Both the position numbers and the translations under genes were made by a program. Below are positions 1 through 10,882 of a stretch of 64,000 bases of DNA, piece after piece. How positions within the stretch are numbered: the stretch's first letter is position 1; each line of letters starts with the position of its first letter. The notes under the pieces are model-generated. The model did no database searches, was not told the origin of the DNA, and saw only the letters and a program-made list of their open reading frames with translations. This DNA is from Macrostomum lignano (Eukaryota): assembly GCA_002269645.1 (NCBI GenBank), contig NIVC01002055.1, positions 1,970-65,969 on the forward strand, read 5' to 3'.

Positions 1-532
1 TTTAGTAATTTAAACACGAACATGTCAATATAAATTTGCGCCAAATTTGTATTCAATTTTTTTATTTTCCTTTACTCTGTGTTAGATTTATGCTATAAGC
101 TCTGATTGAGCCAGTTTGATATATTTAGTGAACAAAGACTTTGATCTCGGGTTTTATCCAACCCGCTTATTAATATATATCTTATGCAAAGATGTTGTGT
201 GCACACAGGCTGAAACTGTAGTTTATCTTGCAAAATTTTCAGTATTTACTCACCACTTAGTTGCGTGTAATAATCCTCAAAAAGAAGATTCAATTGTTTA
301 TCTCCGTGCACCCACTTTTTATTTAAGTAGTCTGCAAGTTTTTTGTATAACAGTAATCAGCGCAGATTTCCATATGATTAGCTCGATTTTTCACTTTTTC
401 AACCTTTGCCGTGTCGTGAATAGCTATTGAAATAATAAATAGTATCTAACTGATATTGAATATGCAGTGATACTACTGCTTTAAAATACTTGTTAGTAGT
501 GTTGTAATTAGTTCTGGCAATAAATTTAGTTA

Positions 533-835
533 GGTTGTAGCCCAGTGGTTAGAGCGACGGACTCACGACTGAGAGGTTGGGTTCGATTCCCAGCCCACTG
601 GAACAATTTGTGTCCTTGAGCAAGACACTTAGCTCTGCATTGCTTCAGTTCACCCAGCTGTAAAATGGATACCCAGCATTAGCTGGGGTAATTGAGGGTG
701 TGTGTGGCGACCCCCCCCAGTCCTTGGACTGAACAGCCGTACGCAGCCTTCAGATGCGCTGCGCAATAGCTGCGGCTGAGCTGTCGGTTGCACATCTGCC
801 CATTGGGGCAGGGTGAATTCAGTTATTATATAATA
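533..835 (+). mobile_element. tRNA-derived SINE, family A (CORE-like central domain), full-length copy
   Basis: Head GGTTGTAGCCCAGTGGTTAGAGC (A box) and GGTTCGATTCCC (B box). Centre TGTGTCCTTGAGCAAGACACTTAG..TCAGTTCACCCAGCTGTAAAATGG resembles the MIR/CORE-SINE core as I recall it. AT-rich tail. A second copy is at 3486-3673. Confidence 0.8.
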
Positions 836-1413
836 CGGTCGTAATTGTAAGTAAAGTTAAAATAAAAAGATAACACTAAAAGCAATGTTGAAAAATTTAT
901 GAAAAAAATACTTCATTGGAGTAAACAGTTCTCATGAAAAAGAACAACTTTTGAACAATTCCAAATACGAGCGTATATATTAAAGTACAACAGAAAACTT
1001 CCGACGTTAACTTGAGAAAAAACTTAACCGCCCGTGCAGAAAACACTCAGAATATCCGATATTATTTACTAACAGTAGCAACCGTAGTTTTATTCTTTAA
1101 AAAAGGCAGGATAATCATGCGAGTCTTAATATGATGCATTTTTTAACTAATCACAAGTTTATCAAAATCAAAATTAAAGACGAATGTGGTGCATAATCTA
1201 CTTTTGTAAGAAGTAGCATAAATTCTTGTAAACAATTAGAATACAAAATATTTTTGTTAAAAAAATTGTAAAGTACATTCAGCTCTAGATTCTCGAATGA
1301 AATCAATTTGTGAGAATTTAACAGCTAACAGATCTTTGAGGCTGTCAGTGCAGTTTATAAGTACACATACAGTTCCAAAACATATTCTCAAGATACTTGA
1401 GTACACAGGCTGC

Positions 1414-4400
1414 TCACTCTATAGCTCCGTAGTTGCCACCCGGTGGATCCAGCGCCTGGGCCGAGGCGCGAACTCGCTGGCGCGCATCTTGAGAAGTCTC
1501 GCTGAGCAGGCCATCGTCTTCTTCGTTCATCAGCTTTGGGAATTTTAAAGGATAGGGGATAAAAGTTACTAACTAACAAGATAATGAGGCTTTTAGTTTT
1601 GTCAGTCAAAGTATAGCTACTCTCGCCATTTACCCAAAATTCTTTAATATCTGGACTCAATTACCCTGTAAGCGTCATCATCTTCCAGTGTCTCGTACTT
1701 GGCTCCACGATAGATGACCTTCTTATGGTGCAGGTAGAGTACAATCATGTCGCACAGGACCGTCGCCTGGTAGAGAATGTAAAGAGCAAGGCATCATCTA
1801 AACCTTTGATTTTTTAACTATTTCAATCAAGAAGAGTGCCATTTTTCAATCTAGAAGAGTGCCATTTTCAATCTAGAAAAGTGCCATTTTCAATCTAGAA
1901 GAGTGCCATTTTCAATCTAGAAGAGTGCCATTTTCAATCTAGAAGAGTGCCACTTTCAATCTAGAAGAGTGCCATTTTCAATCTAGAAGAGTGCCATTTT
2001 CAATCTAGAAGAGTGCCATTTTCAATCTAGAAGAGTGCCACTTTCAATCTAGAAGAGTGCCATTTTCAATCTAGAAGAGTGCCATTTTCAATCTAGAAGA
2101 GTGCCATTTTCAATCTAGAAGAGTGCCATTCTCAATCTAGAAGAGTGCCATTTTCAATCTAGAAGAGTGCCATTTTCAATCTAGAAGAGTGCCATTTTCA
2201 ATCTAGAAGAGTGCCATTTTCAATCTAGAAGAGTGCCATTTTCAATCTAGAAGAGTGCCATTTACAATCTAGAAGAGTGCCATTTTCAATCTAGAAGAGT
2301 GCCATTTTCAATCTGGAAGAGTGCCATTTTCAATCTAGAAGAGTGCCATTTTCAATCTGGAAGAGTGCCATTTTCAATCTAGAAGAGTGCCATTCTCAAT
2401 CTAGAAGAGTGCCATTTTCAATCTAGAAGAGTGCCATTTTCAATCTATAAGGGTGCCATTTTCAATCTAGAAGAGTGCCATTTTCAATCTAGAAGAGTGC
2501 CATTTTCAATCTAGAAGAGTGCCATTTTCAATCTAGAAGAGTGCCATTTTCAATCTAGAAGAGTGCCATTTTCAATCTAGAAGAGTGCCATTTTCAATCT
2601 AGAAGAGTGCCATTTTCAATCTAGAAGAGTGCCATTTTCAATCTAGAAGAGTGCCATTTTCAATCTAGAAGAGTGCCATTTTCAATCTGGAAGAGTGCCA
2701 TTTTCAATCTAGAAGAGTGCCATTCTCAAACTAGAAGAGTGCCATTTTCAATCTAGAAGAGTGCCATTTTCAATCTATAAGGGTGCCATTTTCAATCTAG
2801 AAGAGTGCCATTTTCAATCTAGAAGAGTGCCATTTTCAATCTTAAAAAGTGCCATTTTCAATCTAGAAGAGTGCCATTTTCAATCTAGAAGAGTGCCATT
2901 TTCAATCTAGAAGAGTGCCACTTTCAATCTAGAAGAGTGCCATTTTCAATCTAGAAGAGTGCCATTTTCAATCTATTGATAGAATGACACATGAGGGCCA
3001 ACCCTCAAGTTAGAGAGTTTACATGCCTGATCATTAGAAATCTGAGTTTAGTTATCAGAATCCATGATGAATGCAGGAAAAAATTGCTAACATGAAACTA
3101 ATTTTCGATACATATCGGGCAGCACTCACAATACCCAGTAGAGCTAGCCCGGAGCCAAGGTTCATAGTCAGCGGGATGACATTGAAGCGGCCAGCCCTGC
3201 CAGTCACGTAGACAACAAATCTCAGACCGTAGGCTTTGATCAGAGTCCGGTGATCCGTGTCGTTAATCCGATAATAATTGGCGTAACGAAAATTCCAGCC
3301 TTTAGCAATTTTTGTGTTCTCATCGTCAAGTCGGCGAAATCTGTAAGTCGGATTGCAGTAGGAGGCGTCCCAGTCCAGGTTGCAGTCCCAGTTCACCGTG
3401 ATGGACACCACGCCGCCCTGCAAGTGTTTGGCGAAGTCAATAAAAATAATAATAATTGACTCAACCGACAGCTCAGCCGCAGCAGCATGGGGGTTCACCA
3501 CACAGCCTCAATCACCCCAGCTAATGCTGGCACCCATTTTACAGCTGGGTGAACTGAAGCAATGCAGAGTTAAGTGTCTTGCTCAAGGACCCAAATTGTT
3601 CGAGTGTGGGTCGGGAATCGAACCCTCGACCTTTCAGTGGTGAATCCGACGCTCTGACCACTGGGCTACAACCCCTTGTCCATTTAATCCATGCAAGCAT
3701 AATAACAGGTGGTCACTCACCACTGTGGCAATTTTAGTGAAATTATCGATGCCAGCCAGTTTAAGAATGTCGCCAATTCGAAACACTGGGCAGTACATAT
3801 CCGTGTCAGGGTTGTACACACAGTTCTGCAGCTGGCTTGAGTTGTAATAATCTAGCACGTTGCGGCTGAAGTTTTGGTAAATGTCACATCGTTTCTAAGA
3901 GCTAATACTTAATACTTAAGCACAGTTGAACATCAGTGTGAGAAATGAAAAATCAACAGAACGAATCACCAACCCACTAAATGACCGGAAGTGAGGAATC
4001 CCCAACCCCACTAAATGACCGGAAGTGAGGAATCCACAACCTCGCTAAATGACCGGAAGTGAACCCCACAAAATGACCGGAAGTGAGGAATCACAACCAC
4101 AGAAAAAGACCGGAAGTGAGGAATCCCCAACCCCACTAAATGACCGGAAGTGAGGAATCCACAACCTCGCTAAATGACCGGAAGTGAGGAATCCCCAACC
4201 CCACAAAATGACCGGAAGTGAGGAATCACAACCACAGAAAAAGACCGGAAGTGAGGAATCCCCAACCCCACTAAATGACCGGAAGTGAGGAATCCACAAC
4301 CTCGCTAAATGACCGGAAGTGAGGAATCCCCAACCCCACAAAATGACCGGAAGTGAGGAATCACAACCACAGAAAAAGACCGGAAGTGAGGAATCCCCAA

Positions 4401-6152
4401 CCCCACTAAATGACCGGAAGTGAGGAATCCACAACCTCGCTAAATGACCGGAAGTGAGGAATCCCCAACCCCACAAAATGACCGGAAGTGAGGAATCACA
4501 ACCACAGAAAAAGACCGGAAGTGAGGAATCCCCAACCCCACTAAATGACCGGAAGTGAGGAATCCACAACCTCGCTAAATGACCGGAAGTGAGGAATCCC
4601 CAACCCCACAAAATGACCGGAAGTGAGGAATCACAACCACAGAAAAAGACCGGAAGTGAGAAATCCCCAACCCCACTAAATGACCGGAAGTGAGGAATCC
4701 ACAACCTCGCTAAATGACCGGAAGTGAGGAATCCCCAACCCCACAAAATGACCGGAAGTAAGGAATCCTCACCCCACTAAAAGACCGGAAGTGAGGAATC
4801 CCCAACCCCACAAAATGACCGGAAGTGAGGAATCACAACCACAGAAAAAGACCGGAAGTGAGGAATCCCCAACCCCACTAAATGACCGGAAGTGAGGAAT
4901 CCACAACCTCGCTAAATGACCGGAAGTGAGGAATCCCCAACCCCACAAAATGACCGGAAGTGAGGAATCACAACCACAGAAAAAGACCGGAAGTGAGGAA
5001 TCCCCAACCCCACTAAATGACCGGAAGTGAGGAATCCACAACCCCGCTAAATGACCGGAAGTGAGGAATCCCCAACCCCACTAAATGACCGGAAGTAAGG
5101 AATCCTCACCCCACTAAAAGACCGGAAGTGAGGAATCCCCAACCCCACTAAATGACCGGAAGTGAGGAATCCCCAACCCCACTAAATGACCGGAAGTGAG
5201 GAATCAACATCATAAATCCACTAAATCATCAATAGTAATCATGCTTGGGCGCAACCTTTGGATTCACTCGGCCGTTTCTATTGGCAACACACACACGTAA
5301 GTCGCTATTGGATGGAATAGTAGTCACGTGACTGCTCTCAGCCAATACCGACTTACATGTATGTGTTGCCAATAGAAACGGCCGAGTGATTCCCAAAGTT
5401 GCGCATGTATGATAGTAATTAAAAAACGAACCGTTTAACGCCAAACAAAGGAAACTCAATGCTGTCCTTGATGAGCACAGTGAAGTTCACAGCCTCTGGG
5501 AACATGGTTCCGCCAGCCGGTAGCTGGTCGACCTCAACCGGGCACCAGGCCAAAATTTCGCATGATGTTTTATTGGGCGCCTGGCTTGACGGCACGCACC
5601 GGCCGGTGTTGACTCCGTTGCCAAGCATCTGCGGCTTGCCGGCCGGGCAGTCCGCGTCCGAGAAGCAGGGCGCCACGCTGGGGTCTTCGTCGCATGCGCC
5701 CTGCGTCTGGTCCCGGGTCACCACCGCGTTTGTGGTGATGAAGAATGCGTTGTTCTCCTGGGGTTGTGGTTGGTGGCGACTCTGATGTGGCCTGTCTGTC
5801 TGCCTGATTGCCTCTCTGTATGTCTGCCTGTCTGTCTCTGTCTGTCTGTCTGCCTATCTGCCTGTCTGCCTGTCTGTCTGCCTGCCTATCTGTCTCTGTC
5901 TGCCTGTCTGTCTGTCTGTCTGCCTGCCTGCCTGTCTGTCTTAGTGTCTGCCTGTCTGTCTGTCTGTCTGTCTGTCTGCCTGTCTGTCTGCCTGCCTGTC
6001 TGTCTCTGTCTGTCTGTCTGCCTATCTGCCTGTCTGCCTGTCTGTCTGCCTGCCTATCTGTCTCTGTCTGCCTGTCTGTCTGTCTGTCTGCCTGCCTGCC
6101 TGTCTGTCTGTCTTAGTGTCTGTCTGTCTGTCTGTCTGTCTGCCTGTCTGCC

Positions 6153-6189
<37 letters not shown>

Positions 6190-7677
6190 GCCTGTCTGTC
6201 TGTCTGTCTGCCTGCCTGCCTGCCTGTCTGTCTGTCTTAGTGTCTGTCTGTTTGTCTGTCTGTGTATATAAAGCATGTGTCTCAGTGCCAATTTGTCTTG
6301 GATGCCTGTCTAAAATTCCTGCACAGTTTGTCATCTTTGTCTGTCTTACAAGGCATCAATGGCAAGTCATGACAATGTCTATTTATTGCATTGATCATTC
6401 CCCGAACGAGACTTAAAGCAACAGTGCTGCACACACACCTTTTAGAAAGAGATCATTTAATATAAACAAAAATATAGAAAGTAAAAAGGCAAACCTGCGG
6501 TGGAACAACATAGTCCGCAACATCCCAAATCCTGGCGCCAATACTTGTGCCAGTGAGGTTGGTGTATTGAACTCCTTTCACCTTGGTTGTCACTCCACTA
6601 ACCACATCGTCAAAGTCTTGGTAGCCTTTTTTGTAGACAACAACCCATCTAAATGATAAGTGAGATTTAATTTCAAATATAGGTTATGTATGTTGGGTAG
6701 GCCTAAGGAGAACATAAAGAGAAAAGCTTTTTTGATGCTTATTAATAAAAACAATAGCAGAAAATAATGGGTCGTATTACTACAATATAATGTTATACCT
6801 ATTATTTATATAGGTGAATTAAATATTACTATATGCATAAATTTAAGAATTTTCGCTGTTTGGGATTATTCTTATATCCCCTAGTTACATCAATTATAAT
6901 TCTTGGATTTAGTAATAAATATAATAACTCTTGAATTGAAGAACCTCTGTAATTATGGGTACCTATAATTCAGTATGAAGGAAAGTTCTGTTGTCCTGCA
7001 ACTTCACTCTTATATAGTAAGCTCTTCAAGTATTACTAAATCTAAGTGTTACTAAGTTCAAGCATTACTAAATTCATCATTATTAAATTTTGGTTACTAA
7101 ATTCAAAGGCATTAGGAAAACCCGAAGCAAGGGCACTCCCAGATGTGCTTAGAGAAATCCTGGCATATATGTTGCCTTCCAAACTATGGTTGCCTTATAA
7201 GATTATATTCTTAATTGAGATGAAAAAATATTTACTTTTTTACCTGGAAATAGTACTAAGTTGAATTCTTAGTTTTATAGTATAATAATAAATGTTAACA
7301 TGGCATGTATACAATCCATCATTTTACTGTACATTAAATATTTATGTAGGCCAACATCAAAACCTTTGAATAGCTGATACTTCATAGTGGCCCTAGCTAT
7401 CCCCCAAGAACAGTTCAGAATGAAATTCACGAGTTCCTATTTATATATTAGTACGATACAGCATAGAAAAAATGCATATTGCAAATAGAAATATTAATAC
7501 AAATAAATCTTCTCACCCAATCACGTAGGCTATGATAAGCAGCTGAATAAGTCGATAAATTACTGAAACTTTAATGCTACTGATCTGAACAACTTTTGAT
7601 GTTTCATATCTAAACAACGCTCCAAAGCCGCGATCAACCGTTTTCACGGCAATATTTGATCTAGCATTTGAAGTCAT
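1414..7677 (-). CDS. P2X: P2X purinoceptor (ATP-gated cation channel), complete, 7 exons, 431 aa
   Basis: Exons 7677-7517, 6648-6495, 5757-5432, 3865-3721, 3417-3130, 1766-1665, 1533-1414 (1296 nt), all GT-AG with matching phases. Hallmarks: YETSK (YxTxK), TTKVKG, WDVADYVVPPQ, 10 ectodomain Cys, CPVFRIGD, GWNFRYA, LIKAYGLRF, TM2 GSGLALLGIATVLCD, C-terminal YRGAK (YxxxK). Confidence 0.96.
1822..2975. repeat. 22-bp minisatellite (CTAGAAGAGTGCCATTTTCAAT)n, about 52 copies, P2X intron 5
   Basis: Direct reading; highly homogeneous 22-bp period. Confidence 0.97.
3486..3673 (-). mobile_element. tRNA-derived SINE, family A, 3'-truncated copy in P2X intron 4
   Basis: Reverse complement aligns with 533-715 (A box, B box, CCTTGAGCAAGACACTTA, CACCCAGCTGTAAAATGG, CAGCATTAGCTGGGG). 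Confidence 0.82.
3968..5207. repeat. Higher-order minisatellite: 33-34-bp monomers in a 135-bp four-monomer unit, P2X intron 3
   Basis: ACAACCTCGC recurs at 4161, 4296, 4431 (period 135). Every monomer carries GACCGGAAGT, nearly always followed by GAG. Confidence 0.95.
5240..5411. mobile_element. 172-bp MITE (hAT- or P-type) with long internal inverted repeat
   Basis: Arms 5249-~5312 and ~5342-5404 are near-perfect reverse complements. The element starts CAT and ends ATG, and is flanked by the direct repeat ATAGTAAT (5232-5239, 5412-5419). Confidence 0.72.
5790..6262. repeat. (GTCT)n/(GCCT)n compound microsatellite, P2X intron 2
   Basis: Direct reading; includes GTCTTAGTG interruptions. Confidence 0.95.
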
Positions 7678-8054
7678 CTTTACTGCATTTGTGTGAACAG
7701 TAAACGTATAATGAAGCGGTAGTAGGTAGTAGTAGAGTACATGTAAATCTGATTGCGCGTTCAGCAATTCAAAATACAATATTTATCAGTATTAAAAGTC
7801 ATTTCTAAGAAATCATAAACTTAAAATCTCGCGTAAAATATCGTGGTCGAATTGGTTACGAGCGAGAAACTGTCTGGAGAGAGAAATCTACAAAAAATTA
7901 CTAATGTTGTTTTGGCGAACCAAGGATGAATCCTTGTTCTTTATCGAATTAGTTCGAGTTCGAATTAGCTGTTCGAATTTGAAGAAATCCATTTGCAATT
8001 TATATTTGCAGAGATAATGGCCATATCCACTACTAAATATTACTACAAATTAAC

Positions 8055-8288
8055 CTACTACTACTACTACTACTAATACTAGTACTACTACTACTACTAC
8101 GACGACGACGACGATGACGACTACTACTACTACTATGACGACTACTACTACTACTACTACTACTACGACTACTACTTACTACTACACTACTAACTACTAC
8201 TATTTACTTACATGTATGCTGCCTGTCTGCCTGATTGTCTCTCTGCTGTCTGTCTTAGTGTCTGTCTGTCTGTCTCTGTCTGTCTGTC
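8055..8288. repeat. (ACT)n/(ACG)n trinucleotide tract followed by short (GTCT)n
   Basis: Direct reading. Confidence 0.9.
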
Positions 8289-9164
8289 GGTAGTCGGTAA
8301 GTGAGTGCTAGTTTATCCATCTATTCTCGGTCTAAAGAATGATTGAGAGTCTTGCTTTACCCCAGCAACGGGAGTTTTTTGTCTCTCGACTCAAGTACAT
8401 TCAGCCTGATAATTTAGTCAGGTGTTCTTCGCTCACCCTGCGATCGGTCCCAGGGCCCCCGCATAAAAGATATAAAAATTACAGACTTACAAACCCTCGA
8501 CTTTCACTTGCAATTACAGGACGGAATTGTAAAAAACTAGTTATTATAAAAATTAAGACCGAGCGGCCCTCACCTGCCTCAGCTGCAGGGCCCACATGTG
8601 CAGACTATTAATCAACTATCTATATATATACCACAGCGGCGGCAGAAATTAAATAGAAGAGAAAAACTGCGCCGCCATGTGTGATTGAAACTGGGGACCG
8701 TAGAGCCCGGCTTGCGCAGTGTGCTCAGCCATATCGGATATTAAACCGTGAGCAGATGCCGAAATCCCTTACAGAGTGCCCCGAGGGGGGGGGGGAGGGA
8801 GGGGAGTCTCCCAGCATGTGCTCTGCAATTCCGCAAAGTGCCATGCGCCTGTCCTTGAGCATGGCAATGAGACCATTTATCGGTCGCTAGAAAAATAATT
8901 CCCTAGAGGGAATTGAGGGAATTTTTCGCAAAGGAGAGAGTGAAGGAAAAGAATCCCTATGTGCTGCGATAGGAGGCCCAAGCAAATCCATCAAAATGCA
9001 ATTTAAGCTAATCAGAGAATCCACATGGACCAGCGAAACTTGCTCCGCAATGGTGAGTAACTTCTGTCTCATCTTCATCATCGGATTCTGCCCCCGCCCA
9101 GTTGCCTACCTTCTTTAGCTGGTCTCTAGTTCCGGCTTTGGTGCGCCAATATCTGCATGACTTG

Positions 9165-9176
9165 CTTAGTTAGTTT

Positions 9177-9222
<46 letters not shown>

Positions 9223-9227
9223 CAGTC

Positions 9228-9318
<91 letters not shown>

Positions 9319-9425
9319 CAGTCAGTTAGTTAGTTAGTTAGGTAGTTAATTAGTTAGTTAGTTAGTTAGTTATTAGTTAGTCAGTTAGTTAGTTAGTTAG
9401 GTAGGTAGGTAGTTAATTAGTTAGT
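9165..9425. repeat. (TTAG)n microsatellite
   Basis: Direct reading. Confidence 0.95.
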
Positions 9426-10882
9426 TGTGTCAGCTGAGCCATGGGCCGACGAAATTTTGGCAGAAAATATCTGCATCAATCTTTTTCTTTTCAATCTGCC
9501 TCATTCTGCTCATATCGACGAAATCTTGTCCAACAACACGGCTCTTCATGTCCATCCGCCGAGTGGACAAGATCGAAAAATCTATTGCTAAACCTATTTT
9601 TTGAGTTCATGCTTCTGCATTTTATGCTTGCATTGATTTTTTATCATTTTATACTCGCATATTTTAGAGACAAACAAGTAAAAAGCGCACGTCAGCGGTG
9701 TTTTGCTATTAATTGACTGAGGCAAGATTAATTTCGCAAGGGAATACTGGATTATGCCAGTATTAAGGATTATAAAAAGAATAAAGATTATTCAAGGATT
9801 AAGGATTATGAACAGATCAAGGATTATGAAAGAATTAAGTATTACCACATAAGGACTAACGATTATGCAGGCTAAAAGTTCATGATGCACTCCTCGATGA
9901 GGGTCCTTGTTCAATAAAAGGGCGCCTAAACGTAGAAGTACAATTATTACATATCGTTTCTTAGAAAAATCCAGGAGTCTGCATGCCAATCTCTTCATCA
10001 GGCTTCCCAGTTCCTTTCCTTCCTCATCAACGTAGATCTCATGTTTTGCCAGTGGGAATTACGATATAGGCTTGTAAGGATTTAACTTCCTGCTTCATCA
10101 AAGCGAGATTTTGACTACTCCATTTCTAACTGTAATCTCGAAGGGTTCCAATGCCCCTGCAGAAGTCTGGGAGCAAAACAGGATGCACCAGTTGGATATG
10201 TCTGGGTCAATGCACGAAGGATTGAAGCAACCAGGGAAAAAAGAAGGAAGTCCAGACTAAAGGGGGTTAAGGGCTCCTGTTCGCTTCTCTGATCAAAGTT
10301 TGAGAAGAAGTTCTCGAGTACTTTTAGCTCGTAATTAAAAGAGTAAATGATAGCCACAGCGAAAGCAGAAATGACAAAATGTAACTCAGCAGGATTCAGC
10401 TGCTCTGATAAATAGGTCTAGAACTGGGTGATAGCTCGTACACAAGTCTATAGAAAGTCTGAGTGATAAATATAAGCATAGAATTTGGTCGCTATCCGTT
10501 GTCTGCTATTTTATTGTTATTCTGTTATTGGGGATTCAGAAGTGCTTTTCTAAGCTTATTAATCAATAAAGTGACCAAAAACCTGCCTTATAGGGCCGTT
10601 GGAATGTTACAATAAAAGATTGAGAAAATTTTGTTTAAAAAATTCAATGTACATGAAACTCGACGTATTAACTGGTTGGTCCCTCGACCCTACCAATAAT
10701 TGGTTTAAATGTGTTTAAAAAGTACAAAGCATGGCTATAGCTAAACAACAAACAAAAAGTACACGAGCTAAATATCGATTGCAACGGAAACAAAATAAAA
10801 AACCACATGACACAACGCAAGACAGCAAGAAATGATAGCAGTTTAGTTGCTTTTTTAAATTTGAATCCAACAACTTCAAGCT

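Noticed and set aside
533-610. tRNA gene (also 3600-3673 and 54870-54938)
   Set aside because: A/B boxes are present but there is no proper acceptor stem or terminator, and each continues into a shared SINE body.
9792-10357. Short ORFs as a decayed gene or transposon fragment
   Set aside because: Interrupted frames and no recognisable motif; cannot be supported without a homology search.
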